30,218 nt of DNA, from positions 1 to 30,218 of the IMG/VR virus record IMGVR_UViG_3300028920_000203, one strand, 5' to 3'. Position 1 is the first letter of the stretch, and each line of letters opens with the position of its first letter. A model generated the notes under the pieces. It saw only the letters and a list, made by a program, of their open reading frames with translations, was not told the origin of the DNA and searched no databases. The stretch is from a virus (Duplodnaviria; Caudoviricetes). The translations under genes were made by a program, and so were the position numbers. Shown in pieces: positions 1 to 8,023 of the stretch.

Positions 1-17
1 TCAATCTTTTCTTGAAG

Positions 18-737
18 TTATTGCTTCTCTGATGTGCGATTCGGAAATTCAACATCGGTTATTGTCCGCGTGAGTTCGTCAATCCGTGCTGGGATCTGTT
101 CAAGCTGTTTGTTTATTTTCTTTTTCTTCTCGGCAGCCATCTTTTTGATTTCATCGAAAGAATAGTTGTTGAGCATCTTTTCCAACTTATCAAGGCCCAT
201 TGTGCTCATGACTTCTGAATCGGGAATATCTCCTGCCAAGTCAATTAAAATCTTCCTGCGCTCGTCAACTTTCAAAATGTCGTTGAAATATAAAGGATTC
301 GTTAATAGCTTGAATACCTTTTCGTCAATGATTGAAGCAATATAGCCTTGATATTCCTTCTGACTCTTCGGCACATCGTTGATGAAGTATTCGGTTGTAT
401 GTCCGGTGAAGCTCTCGACATTAGATCCGCGTTGCTTCGTCCACTTTTCTTTGTAGGCTCGCTTTAGTGTTACCGCGTGACCTTTGACGATGTAATCAGC
501 TTCAACCGTGTGTTCCAGGTTATGAAGTACCTTGCCGCCGATTTTCGTTTTGATTCCAAAGTTACCTTCTTGTCTGTCCATGGTGTCTTTACCGAACAAG
601 AGCCACGTTACCGCATCGGCAATTGTTGTTTTGCCGACTCCATTCTTACCTCTGACTGTGAAGTCCTCTCCGTTGGCGTTGATTTCCAAACTTCTAATAC
701 CTTTGAAATTCGTTAAAACTAACTTCTGCAATCTCAT
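18..737 (-). CDS. SbcC/Rad50-like AAA ATPase (phage recombination module), N-terminal part; stop at 18-20 looks premature
   Basis: N-terminal LxLxNFKGI, Walker A GKNGVGKTT, then coiled coil. No Walker B or signature motif before the stop. RBS and promoter upstream. Confidence 0.8.
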   Translation of the reverse strand: MRLQKLVLTNFKGIRSLEINANGEDFTVRGKNGVGKTTIADAVTWLLFGKDTMDRQEGNFGIKTKIGGKVLHNLEHTVEADYIVKGHAVTLKRAYKEKWTKQRGSNVESFTGHTTEYFINDVPKSQKEYQGYIASIIDEKVFKLLTNPLYFNDILKVDERRKILIDLAGDIPDSEVMSTMGLDKLEKMLNNYSFDEIKKMAAEKKKKINKQLEQIPARIDELTRTITDVEFPNRTSEKQ

Positions 738-758
738 TAGATCGCCCCCTTTTGTTAG

Positions 759-787
759 AGTATAACATGTTGTTTTGTAACGGTCAA
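759..787 (-). promoter_or_regulatory. sigma-A promoter for the ATPase gene
   Basis: TTGACC (787-782), 17-bp spacer, TG-n-TATACT (764-759). Confidence 0.75.
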
Positions 788-796
788 GTTATTTCT

Positions 797-1201
797 TTAA
801 ATCTCTTCAATCATAACCTTAACCATAGGATTCTCGCCATACCACTTTATAGCTTCAAGTTCGACTATCTGCTTATCGTCCAAATATGCCAAACCGTTTA
901 AAGCATCAGCCACGGCTTTTATTATGTTATCAATGTCAGGTTTTTTTGTCGGCCTTATCTTTCCATCTAACATAAGCTTTCGGTCTTTCTTGCTCGTTGA
1001 CTTCGTCACACTGTAAACGATATACAAGCTCATTTTCACATCTGTTTCTATTGGCGCCATATTTCCGCATTTAGCCATGAAACTATGTTTGACGAGGTTT
1101 TCATAGTCTTTCGTCTTTTGTGGCGTGTATGTGTGCTTTCCGCCTCTCGTGACACGAGGCCTGCCTTTGCCTTGTGGTGCTCCTGGAATTTCAAATATCA
1201 T
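797..1201 (-). CDS. rusA: RusA-family Holliday junction resolvase
   Basis: GxPQGKGRPR, YTPxKT and KKPDIDNIIKAVADALNGLAYLDDKQIV motifs. Confidence 0.93.
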   Translation of the reverse strand: MIFEIPGAPQGKGRPRVTRGGKHTYTPQKTKDYENLVKHSFMAKCGNMAPIETDVKMSLYIVYSVTKSTSKKDRKLMLDGKIRPTKKPDIDNIIKAVADALNGLAYLDDKQIVELEAIKWYGENPMVKVMIEEI

Positions 1202-1497
1202 AATTCACCATCCAAATCAATTCCTTGGAGTAATATTGATTTTTGTTTTGCTTTTGCATACAAATTTTCCCTTACAGCTCCATCTGATTCTCCCCAACCG
1301 CAAAGCATACAAATCGCATCTGCAACATCAATCATCGCAAACCCTATGTGCATGTAGTCCTCGTATTCCATTCCCTCCGGAAGCTCAGCAGGATTCAAAA
1401 CCACATGTCCTTTGCTTTCAAGATACTTCTGAGCCTTGGTAAACTTCTCGCGGTAATTCGGATCCCCGGTTATCTTGCCTGAAATGTATATTTTCAT
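1198..1497 (-). CDS. DUF4406 / nucleoside 2-deoxyribosyltransferase-like protein
   Basis: KIYISGKITG...GHVVLNPA...ADAICMLxGWxESxGAxxE pattern. Confidence 0.85.
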   Translation of the reverse strand: MKIYISGKITGDPNYREKFTKAQKYLESKGHVVLNPAELPEGMEYEDYMHIGFAMIDVADAICMLCGWGESDGAVRENLYAKAKQKSILLQGIDLDGEL

Positions 1498-1634
1498 TCC
1501 GTCCCCTCCATTTTCTGTTTTAATTTTATAATTCTTTCAAAGCTTCTCTCTGCTTCTTTTCTTGCCGAACGACAGTAAATGTATACCGCTATTGAAACTG
1601 TCAAGGAAAGCAAAGGCAGTAATATTTCAATCAT
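1494..1634 (-). CDS. 46-aa predicted membrane protein MIEILLPLLSLTVSIAVYIYCRSARKEAERSFERIIKLKQKMEGTE (not in ORF track)
   Basis: Translated by hand. RBS present and ATGA overlaps with both neighbours. Confidence 0.75.
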   Translation of the reverse strand: MIEILLPLLSLTVSIAVYIYCRSARKEAERSFERIIKLKQKMEGTE

Positions 1635-2002
1635 TCTATCCCCTCCAGTAGCTTAATATTGTATCCGCTTTCTACGAATTCCTCACATAATGAGCCATTA
1701 CACCCATTGCCAAGATATGTGTATATCAAGTCCCAATCACTTTCGTCAAAATCAACCCCAAGATAATTGTTTAATTTCTCTCTTATGAGTTTTTGAGTCT
1801 TTTGTGGAACTCCCTTAATTGCCGACCTTGAAACCCATGCTATAACTTTACGCCTAACCTCTCCTACTGTATCTATACCTTCAAGACTAAAATAGATATT
1901 ATGCTTTGGCACGAGTATTAATTCCCAATTATGGTTTATAAAACAACCATTGAAATTTCTCATCAACTTGTCTAATTCCCATCTTGTTTCATTCGTTATC
2001 AT
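1631..2002 (-). CDS. phage hypothetical protein (123 aa)
   Basis: RBS and ATGA coupling. The IYTYLGNGCN...FVESGY motif resembles one I recognise from Firmicutes phage hypotheticals. Confidence 0.8.
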   Translation of the reverse strand: MITNETRWELDKLMRNFNGCFINHNWELILVPKHNIYFSLEGIDTVGEVRRKVIAWVSRSAIKGVPQKTQKLIREKLNNYLGVDFDESDWDLIYTYLGNGCNGSLCEEFVESGYNIKLLEGIE

Positions 2003-2238
2003 TCCGTCTCCACCTCCTCAAAGTCAAAGAATATCAAATGCTTGTTGTATTCACATACCCATTCATCCGGCACCTTTAGGTTGGCATCAAGATAACGCTT
2101 GATTGCAGACTTTAATTCTTCTTGCCTATGTTCAAGCCATATGCGTTCAGGCATTATGCCTATTGGTGGTTTGTTTGCGCCTGTTATTTCTGCAAAGGCT
2201 TCTTCGTATTCCTTTGTTCCTTGATATATACAGTTCAT
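1999..2238 (-). CDS. hypothetical protein (79 aa, start MNCIYQG)
   Basis: Start reassigned to the ATG at 2238 behind an AGGAGGTG RBS; PPIGIMPERIW motif. Confidence 0.75.
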   Translation of the reverse strand: MNCIYQGTKEYEEAFAEITGANKPPIGIMPERIWLEHRQEELKSAIKRYLDANLKVPDEWVCEYNKHLIFFDFEEVETE

Positions 2239-2417
2239 TCCGTCACCTCCTGACATTCCGGACAGCAATCGTTCCATCCTCTTTCTGTCATTTTGCTTTT
2301 CCATCCGTTTTCTTTCTTGTATTCAACAGTATCGTCAAAAGTTTCAAAGTTGCCTTCAGCTTCTATTCCGCAATAGTCGCAGTATAAAACATAACACCCG
2401 TGCAACTTGTCAATCAT
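2235..2417 (-). CDS. small zinc-ribbon protein (60 aa, start MIDKLHG)
   Basis: CDYC...CPEC; RBS and ATGA coupling. Confidence 0.75.
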   Translation of the reverse strand: MIDKLHGCYVLYCDYCGIEAEGNFETFDDTVEYKKENGWKSKMTERGWNDCCPECQEVTE

Positions 2418-2590
2418 TCCGTCCCCTCCTTCAGCGTTCTCCTGCATTGCTCAGCGTATTGAGCGTCCAGCTCTCCAACCTTGTTGACATAGTGTATGAA
2501 TTTGTAGCGGTTGCCCTGACTCCCAGCCTTGTATGCCTTGTCTAAAAACTTCTTGCGCTTCAGTTCGTATTCTTGCGGTGTGAGTTTCAT
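2414..2590 (-). CDS. 58-aa hypothetical protein MKLTPQEYELKRKK...TLKEGTE (not in ORF track)
   Basis: Translated by hand. AAGGAGG RBS and ATGA overlaps at both ends. Confidence 0.75.
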   Translation of the reverse strand: MKLTPQEYELKRKKFLDKAYKAGSQGNRYKFIHYVNKVGELDAQYAEQCRRTLKEGTE

Positions 2591-2898
2591 TCGGATTCCT
2601 CCTTCGCCAACATGAGCAATTCATCAATATTATTTATCACATCTATATATTCTCTAAAAAATTTCTTAAATGCATGATTAGGATAAGCTTCTGTGTCCAT
2701 TCTAAGCGATAAAGTATATCCATCTTCAAATACTTTCTCTATTGCTCGTCCTATTTCAGAAAGGCGTTCGAGTTCGTCAAGTTCTTCTTTTGCTTCTAAT
2801 TTTAATTGGACAGCATATGGAAGCCTAATACGCCCGCAATCTAAAGTTACGCACAATAATTCTTGAACTATTTCTTTTGTTCTTTCAGCTTTCATCAT
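2587..2898 (-). CDS. hypothetical protein (about 103 aa)
   Basis: ORF with GGAGG RBS and TAATG coupling. Confidence 0.7.
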   Translation of the reverse strand: MMKAERTKEIVQELLCVTLDCGRIRLPYAVQLKLEAKEELDELERLSEIGRAIEKVFEDGYTLSLRMDTEAYPNHAFKKFFREYIDVINNIDELLMLAKEESE

Positions 2899-3311
2899 TA
2901 TCCCTCCAGTAGCCATTCAAGGTCATATTCCATATCGTCTTTGACAAAATCAAACCCTTGCAATACCCACCTCCATTTGTTGCCCCCCATATTAAATAAT
3001 ATACTTCCACATTCTCCGGTTATCTTTGTAAATCCTTCTGCTATTGCTTTTTCGCACACTTCCTTTTCCCATTCGTCAAGCTGCGGTTTCTGTTCAACTT
3101 TGTACCAATCCGATTTAAGATTTCTAACATTCCAATGAATAGGTTCGCATCCAAAAATATTTAAACCAATACAATGCATTTCAGATTCAAAAGACTTTGT
3201 TTTTTTATATACTATTACAATTTTTGAATCAATAACATCATTCCTTTTATATTTTTCTCCATATGCAATCTCGCCACGCATCGCCATTCCTAAAAGTTCA
3301 TAACCTGTCAT
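2898..3311 (-). CDS. hypothetical protein (137 aa)
   Basis: ORF coupled to both neighbours. Confidence 0.75.
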   Translation of the reverse strand: MTGYELLGMAMRGEIAYGEKYKRNDVIDSKIVIVYKKTKSFESEMHCIGLNIFGCEPIHWNVRNLKSDWYKVEQKPQLDEWEKEVCEKAIAEGFTKITGECGSILFNMGGNKWRWVLQGFDFVKDDMEYDLEWLLEG

Positions 3312-3547
3312 AGTGTCGCCCCCTTGTATTTATTTCGGTTGAATTTCTCAATTTCCTCAACATTGATAACATCTGCTATGCATGGAATATAATACTTATT
3401 CCCTTCGTATCTGTAGCTATTTCCTGCCTGACATGTGCAATGTGCTATATAGTCATATGTTTTGCCATCTGCTTTCTGCGTATATTTTACTATACCGGAA
3501 TCCATGCAGATGAAACAGTTTACTTTCCGCTTGCCGTTATTTTTCAT
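3308..3547 (-). CDS. small Cys-rich (zinc-binding) protein (79 aa, start MKNNGK)
   Basis: CFIC...HCTC; overlaps the end of the helicase-loader gene. Confidence 0.7.
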   Translation of the reverse strand: MKNNGKRKVNCFICMDSGIVKYTQKADGKTYDYIAHCTCQAGNSYRYEGNKYYIPCIADVINVEEIEKFNRNKYKGATL

Positions 3548-4265
3548 TGGCTTTCCTTTCCAAATATATTTTACCCCTATAATCCCCTGCATCTACTTGC
3601 AACACTTCGCACACTTCCATTATTCTTGATACAACCCTTTCACCTAATCTGTTTTTCAATTCTTTCAAATCACAATTAGTTGTAAATATCATAGGCTTGT
3701 TGTTAATGTATCTGTTGTTTATTACTGTATATAGTCTGTCAGTTGTCCAGTCTGTGGTCTTTTCTGCTCCTATATCATCAAGTATCAAGAGTGCCGAATG
3801 TGTTAGCTTGTGAAGTAGTTTTTCTTCGCTTATATCTTTGTTCTGATACGAATTTTTAAACTCTTGAAGTAAATCCGGAACAGGCATGAATACTACAAAC
3901 ATGTTTTGCTCTATGAGTTGGTTAGTTATAGCAGCCATCAAATGTGTTTTACCAACCCCCGGACGAGATCCAATTAAAATTCCCATTGCGTTTTTCTTAT
4001 CAAATTCATCTGCATATTTCTTGCAAGTATTAAACATTTCTTGTGTTTTTTCAGTTACCTTAAAATTATCAAATGTTTTGGATTCGTATTTTTTGCCAAG
4101 GTTTGAATATACTCTTAGTTTCCTTTTTCTTTCGAGCATTTCAAATTCTCTGTTCTTTGCATCTTCCTCAGCCCATTTCTCCATTTGGCAATCACAAGGC
4201 AATGTTCTTTTTATTCCCAACATTTCAATAGTTCTTAATTCTTTGCCACACTTTTTACATTTCAT
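3537..4265 (-). CDS. DnaC/IstB-like AAA+ helicase loader
   Basis: N-terminal CxxC...CxC, Walker A PGVGKTHL, Walker B LLILDDIG, INNRY...IFTTN, RVVSRI. Confidence 0.93.
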   Translation of the reverse strand: MKCKKCGKELRTIEMLGIKRTLPCDCQMEKWAEEDAKNREFEMLERKRKLRVYSNLGKKYESKTFDNFKVTEKTQEMFNTCKKYADEFDKKNAMGILIGSRPGVGKTHLMAAITNQLIEQNMFVVFMPVPDLLQEFKNSYQNKDISEEKLLHKLTHSALLILDDIGAEKTTDWTTDRLYTVINNRYINNKPMIFTTNCDLKELKNRLGERVVSRIMEVCEVLQVDAGDYRGKIYLERKANEK

Positions 4266-5167
4266 TATCTACCTCCAAACAGATAATCCATTACATTATC
4301 CTCATTGAGATCCTCTTTCTTGATTTTTTTCTCGCTATCACGATTATCATAGTTACCCTCAAGCACCTTCGCCATATTAGTATCGTTATCAATCAGCCAA
4401 TCAAATGTAGCTTTCCAACCTTTGTTGCTTTTACCGTTACAGAAGTCGCTTTCCTTTATTTTCTTAAATGCTTCCTTGAAGGAATCTATATCGCCGAACT
4501 GTTCCCATCTTGTTTTGATTTTCTTTTTTCTTTTATCTGTCATCTTTATAAGTTTTTGAAGTCCTATTTCGTTCCATTCTTCTTGAATTTCAGCGTATGG
4601 GATTTTTCCTTTTGGTTCTGCTAGAATATCTTCTTCATTACTCTCCTCTACTTTACTCTCTATTTCCTTTCCTTTTACTTTACTTTGTGTACCATCGCTA
4701 TCATTTAACGGATTAATGTTAGCATTTAAGGCTATAATGTTTACATCTGTTTTCAGCTTAGTTTTATTATAGAATTCTTCAGGATTAGAAACGAGCATAT
4801 ATTCTTCTATGAATTCAACCTCTTTTCTTCTTAATGTTGCAGAAATAAAGTTTAATTGTATCCGTTTAGATGTCAATATAGAATATTCATCATATAGCTT
4901 TTTGTTGAACAAACCCTTATTAATGCATACATTTAAGACTTCAATGTAAACATTTAAGGCTATATTGTTAGCATCGGCGAATAATACATTAAAATCTTCA
5001 TCAGCTTTCAAATAATAATTTTCACGATATAACTCCTCTAAAAGTCTTAGAAAAACAGCGTATCCGATCAGCCCGTGTTTAGCTTTTAGAATCATTATTT
5101 TTTTATCTTGCAACATATCGACGTCGTGACTAAAATAGTCTATGCCTGTCTTTCCGGCTCTTGCCAT
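4265..5167 (-). CDS. phage replication initiator (DUF4373 / Lin1244-like N-terminal domain)
   Basis: MAR..K.GIDYFSHDVD, ILTSKRIQ, low-complexity linker, C-terminal GWKATFDWLI...KVLEGNYD; directly upstream of the loader. Confidence 0.85.
   Translation of the reverse strand: MARAGKTGIDYFSHDVDMLQDKKIMILKAKHGLIGYAVFLRLLEELYRENYYLKADEDFNVLFADANNIALNVYIEVLNVCINKGLFNKKLYDEYSILTSKRIQLNFISATLRRKEVEFIEEYMLVSNPEEFYNKTKLKTDVNIIALNANINPLNDSDGTQSKVKGKEIESKVEESNEEDILAEPKGKIPYAEIQEEWNEIGLQKLIKMTDKRKKKIKTRWEQFGDIDSFKEAFKKIKESDFCNGKSNKGWKATFDWLIDNDTNMAKVLEGNYDNRDSEKKIKKEDLNEDNVMDYLFGGR
4702..4971. repeat. four 21-bp iteron-like repeats in two tandem pairs (4702-4743 and 4930-4971); putative replication origin
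   Basis: catttaacggattaatgttag / catttaaggctataatgttta / catttaagacttcaatgtaaa / catttaaggctatattgttag. Confidence 0.65.
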
Positions 5168-5195
5168 ATCATCACCGCCTTACCACCTCCATTTT

Positions 5196-5354
5196 TTATA
5201 TTCCCAAGACTTGCTTGAGCTTAGCTTCATTTTCTTCGTTCGGTTTGCTTGCTCCACGCTCCCACATTCTGTAACTTGTAAGGGAAACTCCAACTGCAAC
5301 TGCTACATCAATTTGTGTCATGCCTTTAGCTTCTCTTTGTTCTTTTATATTCAT
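5196..5354 (-). CDS. Cro-like XRE helix-turn-helix regulator (52 aa, start MNIKEQ)
   Basis: MTQIDVAVAVGVSLTSYRMWERG..KP; AGGAGGTG RBS. Confidence 0.9.
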   Translation of the reverse strand: MNIKEQREAKGMTQIDVAVAVGVSLTSYRMWERGASKPNEENEAKLKQVLGI

Positions 5355-5373
5355 ATTGTCACCTCCTACTCTT

Positions 5374-5402
5374 ATTCTACTTCTTATTGTTTCACTTGTC
5401 AA
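5374..5402 (-). promoter_or_regulatory. sigma-A promoter of the HTH-replication operon
   Basis: TTGACA (5402-5397), 17-bp spacer, TAGAAT (5379-5374); A-tract upstream. Confidence 0.8.
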
Positions 5403-5414
5403 ATGTTTTTTAAT

Positions 5415-5436
5415 AAAAAAAGGAGCTTTCGCCCCT
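5415..5436 (-). terminator. intrinsic terminator
   Basis: AGGGGC-GAAA-GCTCCT followed by a T-run. Confidence 0.8.
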
Positions 5437-5620
5437 AAAGTTCCTCAATCACTATCCGTATGTTACACTTTTTCTTTCCATCGGCCATGCTGCCAAATAC
5501 CGCATTGTCGAACCTTTCACCGTTTACATATGGCGTCATCATTGTTTTGCCAGTCATGCACGGATCGGATACTGAGCGGATTTCAAGGTCTGCATTTTTG
5601 AATACTATTTCTGTTTTCAT
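5435..5620 (-). CDS. hypothetical protein (61 aa)
   Basis: RBS, ATGA coupling, ends at the terminator. Confidence 0.7.
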   Translation of the reverse strand: MKTEIVFKNADLEIRSVSDPCMTGKTMMTPYVNGERFDNAVFGSMADGKKKCNIRIVIEEL

Positions 5621-5817
5621 CTGCTTCTCCTTTTCTCCTTTTCAATGATTTTGTTTTTGTAATCATATACAACGTTGCCTAATGCCCTTTTCTTCCGTAT
5701 TTCGTCATTCTGTGCCTTCTCTGCTATATATTCCGGGCAAGTGTCATGGCAAAATGGGTGCCTGTTAGGACAGTTCATACAAGCCCGAAAGATTGTAGCG
5801 TGCTTGGTAGAGATCAC
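5617..5817 (-). CDS. small Cys/His-rich protein (66 aa)
   Basis: CMNCPNRHPFCHDTCPEY; AAGGAGG RBS and GTGA overlap. Confidence 0.75.
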   Translation of the reverse strand: MISTKHATIFRACMNCPNRHPFCHDTCPEYIAEKAQNDEIRKKRALGNVVYDYKNKIIEKEKRRSR

Positions 5818-5945
5818 TTCATCAGCCTCCTTGTTGCTTTCAGTATCAGCCTATTCCATATCCTCTGCATGATTCTTCCGCGCTTCACGGCCTTGAAATC
5901 GTTAAACATTGCCATTGAGCGGTAGATGTATTTTTGTTTATTCAT
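5814..5945 (-). CDS. 43-aa basic peptide MNKQKYIYRSMAMFNDFKAVKRGRIMQRIWNRLILKATRRLMK (not in ORF track)
   Basis: Translated by hand. GGAGG RBS; fills the gap with overlaps at both ends. Confidence 0.7.
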   Translation of the reverse strand: MNKQKYIYRSMAMFNDFKAVKRGRIMQRIWNRLILKATRRLMK

Positions 5946-6393
5946 TAGTTGCCTCCAGAAATTCTGGGTTGTCGTGAATATTGCCAACTACTTCAACATC
6001 TTGTGCTTCGTTTGAGCATATATAATCTAAATCTATTTGAGGACTTACTTCATTAAAAGGATAAAAGCCAATGCCTTTACAATATTTTACGACTTCATTC
6101 TGATATTTGTTATTTCGCCAACACCTTGAATCAACATTCACAATATCGCCTTCGTATATCTCTTTTCCATTCTTGTCTTTTAGTCCTGTGTATTGTCCTA
6201 CTGTTTCAGGAATTACTTCAAAAGTTACATATTTATATGTTTCTCCATTATTTGACATATATACTTGAATTGCATCAACCCATATGCTTCGTTTAAAGCC
6301 ATCTATTGCTATTTCTTTACGTTTTGTGCATAAACTTCCATAAACCCATTCGCCATTGTCAATACGTTTACCTCTAAACTTTATTTCTCTCAT
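5938..6393 (-). CDS. YopX family protein
   Basis: MREIKFRGK...TVGQYTGLKDKNGKEIYEGDIV...EVVGNIHDNPE. Confidence 0.93.
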   Translation of the reverse strand: MREIKFRGKRIDNGEWVYGSLCTKRKEIAIDGFKRSIWVDAIQVYMSNNGETYKYVTFEVIPETVGQYTGLKDKNGKEIYEGDIVNVDSRCWRNNKYQNEVVKYCKGIGFYPFNEVSPQIDLDYICSNEAQDVEVVGNIHDNPEFLEATNE

Positions 6394-6746
6394 TTCAACA
6401 CCTCCTTTACTGCTTCCCATAATGCATCGCATAGTTCTTGTGCCTCAAAATACCAATCGTAATTATTAATACTAACACACCATTTTGGTTCACTATATCC
6501 TTCACAATCAAGAATAAGTTCTTTGCTTATGCTCCCATCTCCGTTTGGTTCGCAAACAGTTTCAAGCAATACTTCTATCATTGCGCCTATAGTAAAAAAT
6601 TCTGGATAAGGAATATTTCTACTGCTATCAATTCGAACCAAGGCATTTAATTTCTGTACTTTTTCATGATTAACAATGCATATTCCATTATCAATAGTCC
6701 ATTCAATATACTCTTTGATTTGTTCAAATGTTATTTGTTGTTTCAT
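6390..6746 (-). CDS. hypothetical protein (118 aa)
   Basis: MKQQIT...TIGAMIEVL...ELCDALWEAVKEVL; flanked by identical 16-bp junctions. Confidence 0.8.
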   Translation of the reverse strand: MKQQITFEQIKEYIEWTIDNGICIVNHEKVQKLNALVRIDSSRNIPYPEFFTIGAMIEVLLETVCEPNGDGSISKELILDCEGYSEPKWCVSINNYDWYFEAQELCDALWEAVKEVLK

Positions 6747-7216
6747 TTCAACACCTCCATAACTGGTCTATACATATACCTCAAATTCCTACGCTTGAAA
6801 TATATGCCGTTTCGCAAAGCCGTCAACATCGCCCATTCTTCCGCAAACATTTCAACGGGATTGTCAAAGTATCCTTCGTGCGTCCATTCTCTGCTATCTT
6901 TGTACTGTTGCCTTTGTTCATCTGTCAAGTGAAACCAAACGTAGTGTCCGTACTCATGCAAGAAAGTTCTAACACATTGGTCTCGATACTTGATAACGCT
7001 CATTGGCAACACATAAGCAGGATATAAGCCTATAAAATCTTCTTGGTAGTTGTAATAGCCGTTTGCACTTTCCCACGCCGAAACCGTAACCTCGCAAGCG
7101 TCAAAGCCTTTTCCCGCCATTGTGTCTATTGTTTCCTGAATAATTGGCTCAGGAGCAAAGGCGTATGATGTTGTGGCTATGCATAGGATGGTTATTAATA
7201 CGAGTAGTTTTTTCAT
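6743..7216 (-). CDS. secreted zinc metallopeptidase (HEXXH), 157 aa
   Basis: Signal peptide MKKLLVLITILCIATTSYAFA; LHEYGH; downstream NPVEMFAE third-ligand motif. Confidence 0.8.
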   Translation of the reverse strand: MKKLLVLITILCIATTSYAFAPEPIIQETIDTMAGKGFDACEVTVSAWESANGYYNYQEDFIGLYPAYVLPMSVIKYRDQCVRTFLHEYGHYVWFHLTDEQRQQYKDSREWTHEGYFDNPVEMFAEEWAMLTALRNGIYFKRRNLRYMYRPVMEVLK

Positions 7217-7440
7217 TTTTTCATTTCTTCCCTCCAATCGTCATGCTCTTGGTTAAGAATTATCGGATCAACATTGAAGAATGAAGCCAATTTCTTTAAG
7301 CTGTCAAGGCTTGGATTCTTTATTCCAAGTTCCCAGTTCGTGATTGAGCCTTCTGATACTCCAATTCTGTCGGCAAGCTCCTTTCGAGTCATCGGAATTG
7401 ATTCCCTGCGTATTCTGAGTGGGCTGTCTTTTTTAGGCAT
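7213..7440 (-). CDS. XRE-family HTH regulator (75 aa, start MPKKDS)
   Basis: MTRKELADRIGVSEGSITNWELGIKNPSLDSLKKLASFFNV; AAGGAGG RBS. Confidence 0.9.
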   Translation of the reverse strand: MPKKDSPLRIRRESIPMTRKELADRIGVSEGSITNWELGIKNPSLDSLKKLASFFNVDPIILNQEHDDWREEMKK

Positions 7441-8023
7441 TTGTGGCCTCCTTACATATTTGTTCGGCAAAATCAAGCATCTTATCAATTTCTTTAAGCG
7501 TTCCACTATTGCCATGGAGTATATTGCCAAGCCTGCTTGATGATACTCCGTATTTTTTTGCAAAATCTTTCTGTGTTATGTTGTGATCCATTAGAATTTC
7601 TCTTATTTTTTCAGTGATGATGATTTTTTGTCCTGACTCAGAATTTCTGTTCATGTTTTTAACAATGCTCCTACAAACAATATCGTTATCGACTTTTACT
7701 TTGATATTCACTTTGTTTGCTTTTTCGTAATTCTTTATTGCGTTTTTAAGATTTCTGTTCTCGTGTTCTGCAATATTTTGAGCAGTTTTGCTTCGTTCAT
7801 ATTCAACACGCAGCTTCATAATTTCCCTTTTTAACCGCTTAATTAGGACAACGGCTCTTTCGTCCTTAATCATCGTTTTGTCGCTCAAATCGAATCGTAC
7901 ATCGCATGAGATAGCATCTGCTGTTATGTCTATGTTGATGATGTCGTAGTCGATTAGCTGTTTGCTCATTTCTGCCATTGTATCAAGATATTTCGCCGGG
8001 AGTGGCAGTGATAGTGATTTCAT
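7433..8023 (-). CDS. coiled-coil protein with C-terminal XRE-type HTH
   Basis: IREILMDHNITQKDFAKKYGVSSSRLGNILHG at the C-terminus. Confidence 0.75.
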   Translation of the reverse strand: MKSLSLPLPAKYLDTMAEMSKQLIDYDIINIDITADAISCDVRFDLSDKTMIKDERAVVLIKRLKREIMKLRVEYERSKTAQNIAEHENRNLKNAIKNYEKANKVNIKVKVDNDIVCRSIVKNMNRNSESGQKIIITEKIREILMDHNITQKDFAKKYGVSSSRLGNILHGNSGTLKEIDKMLDFAEQICKEATNA

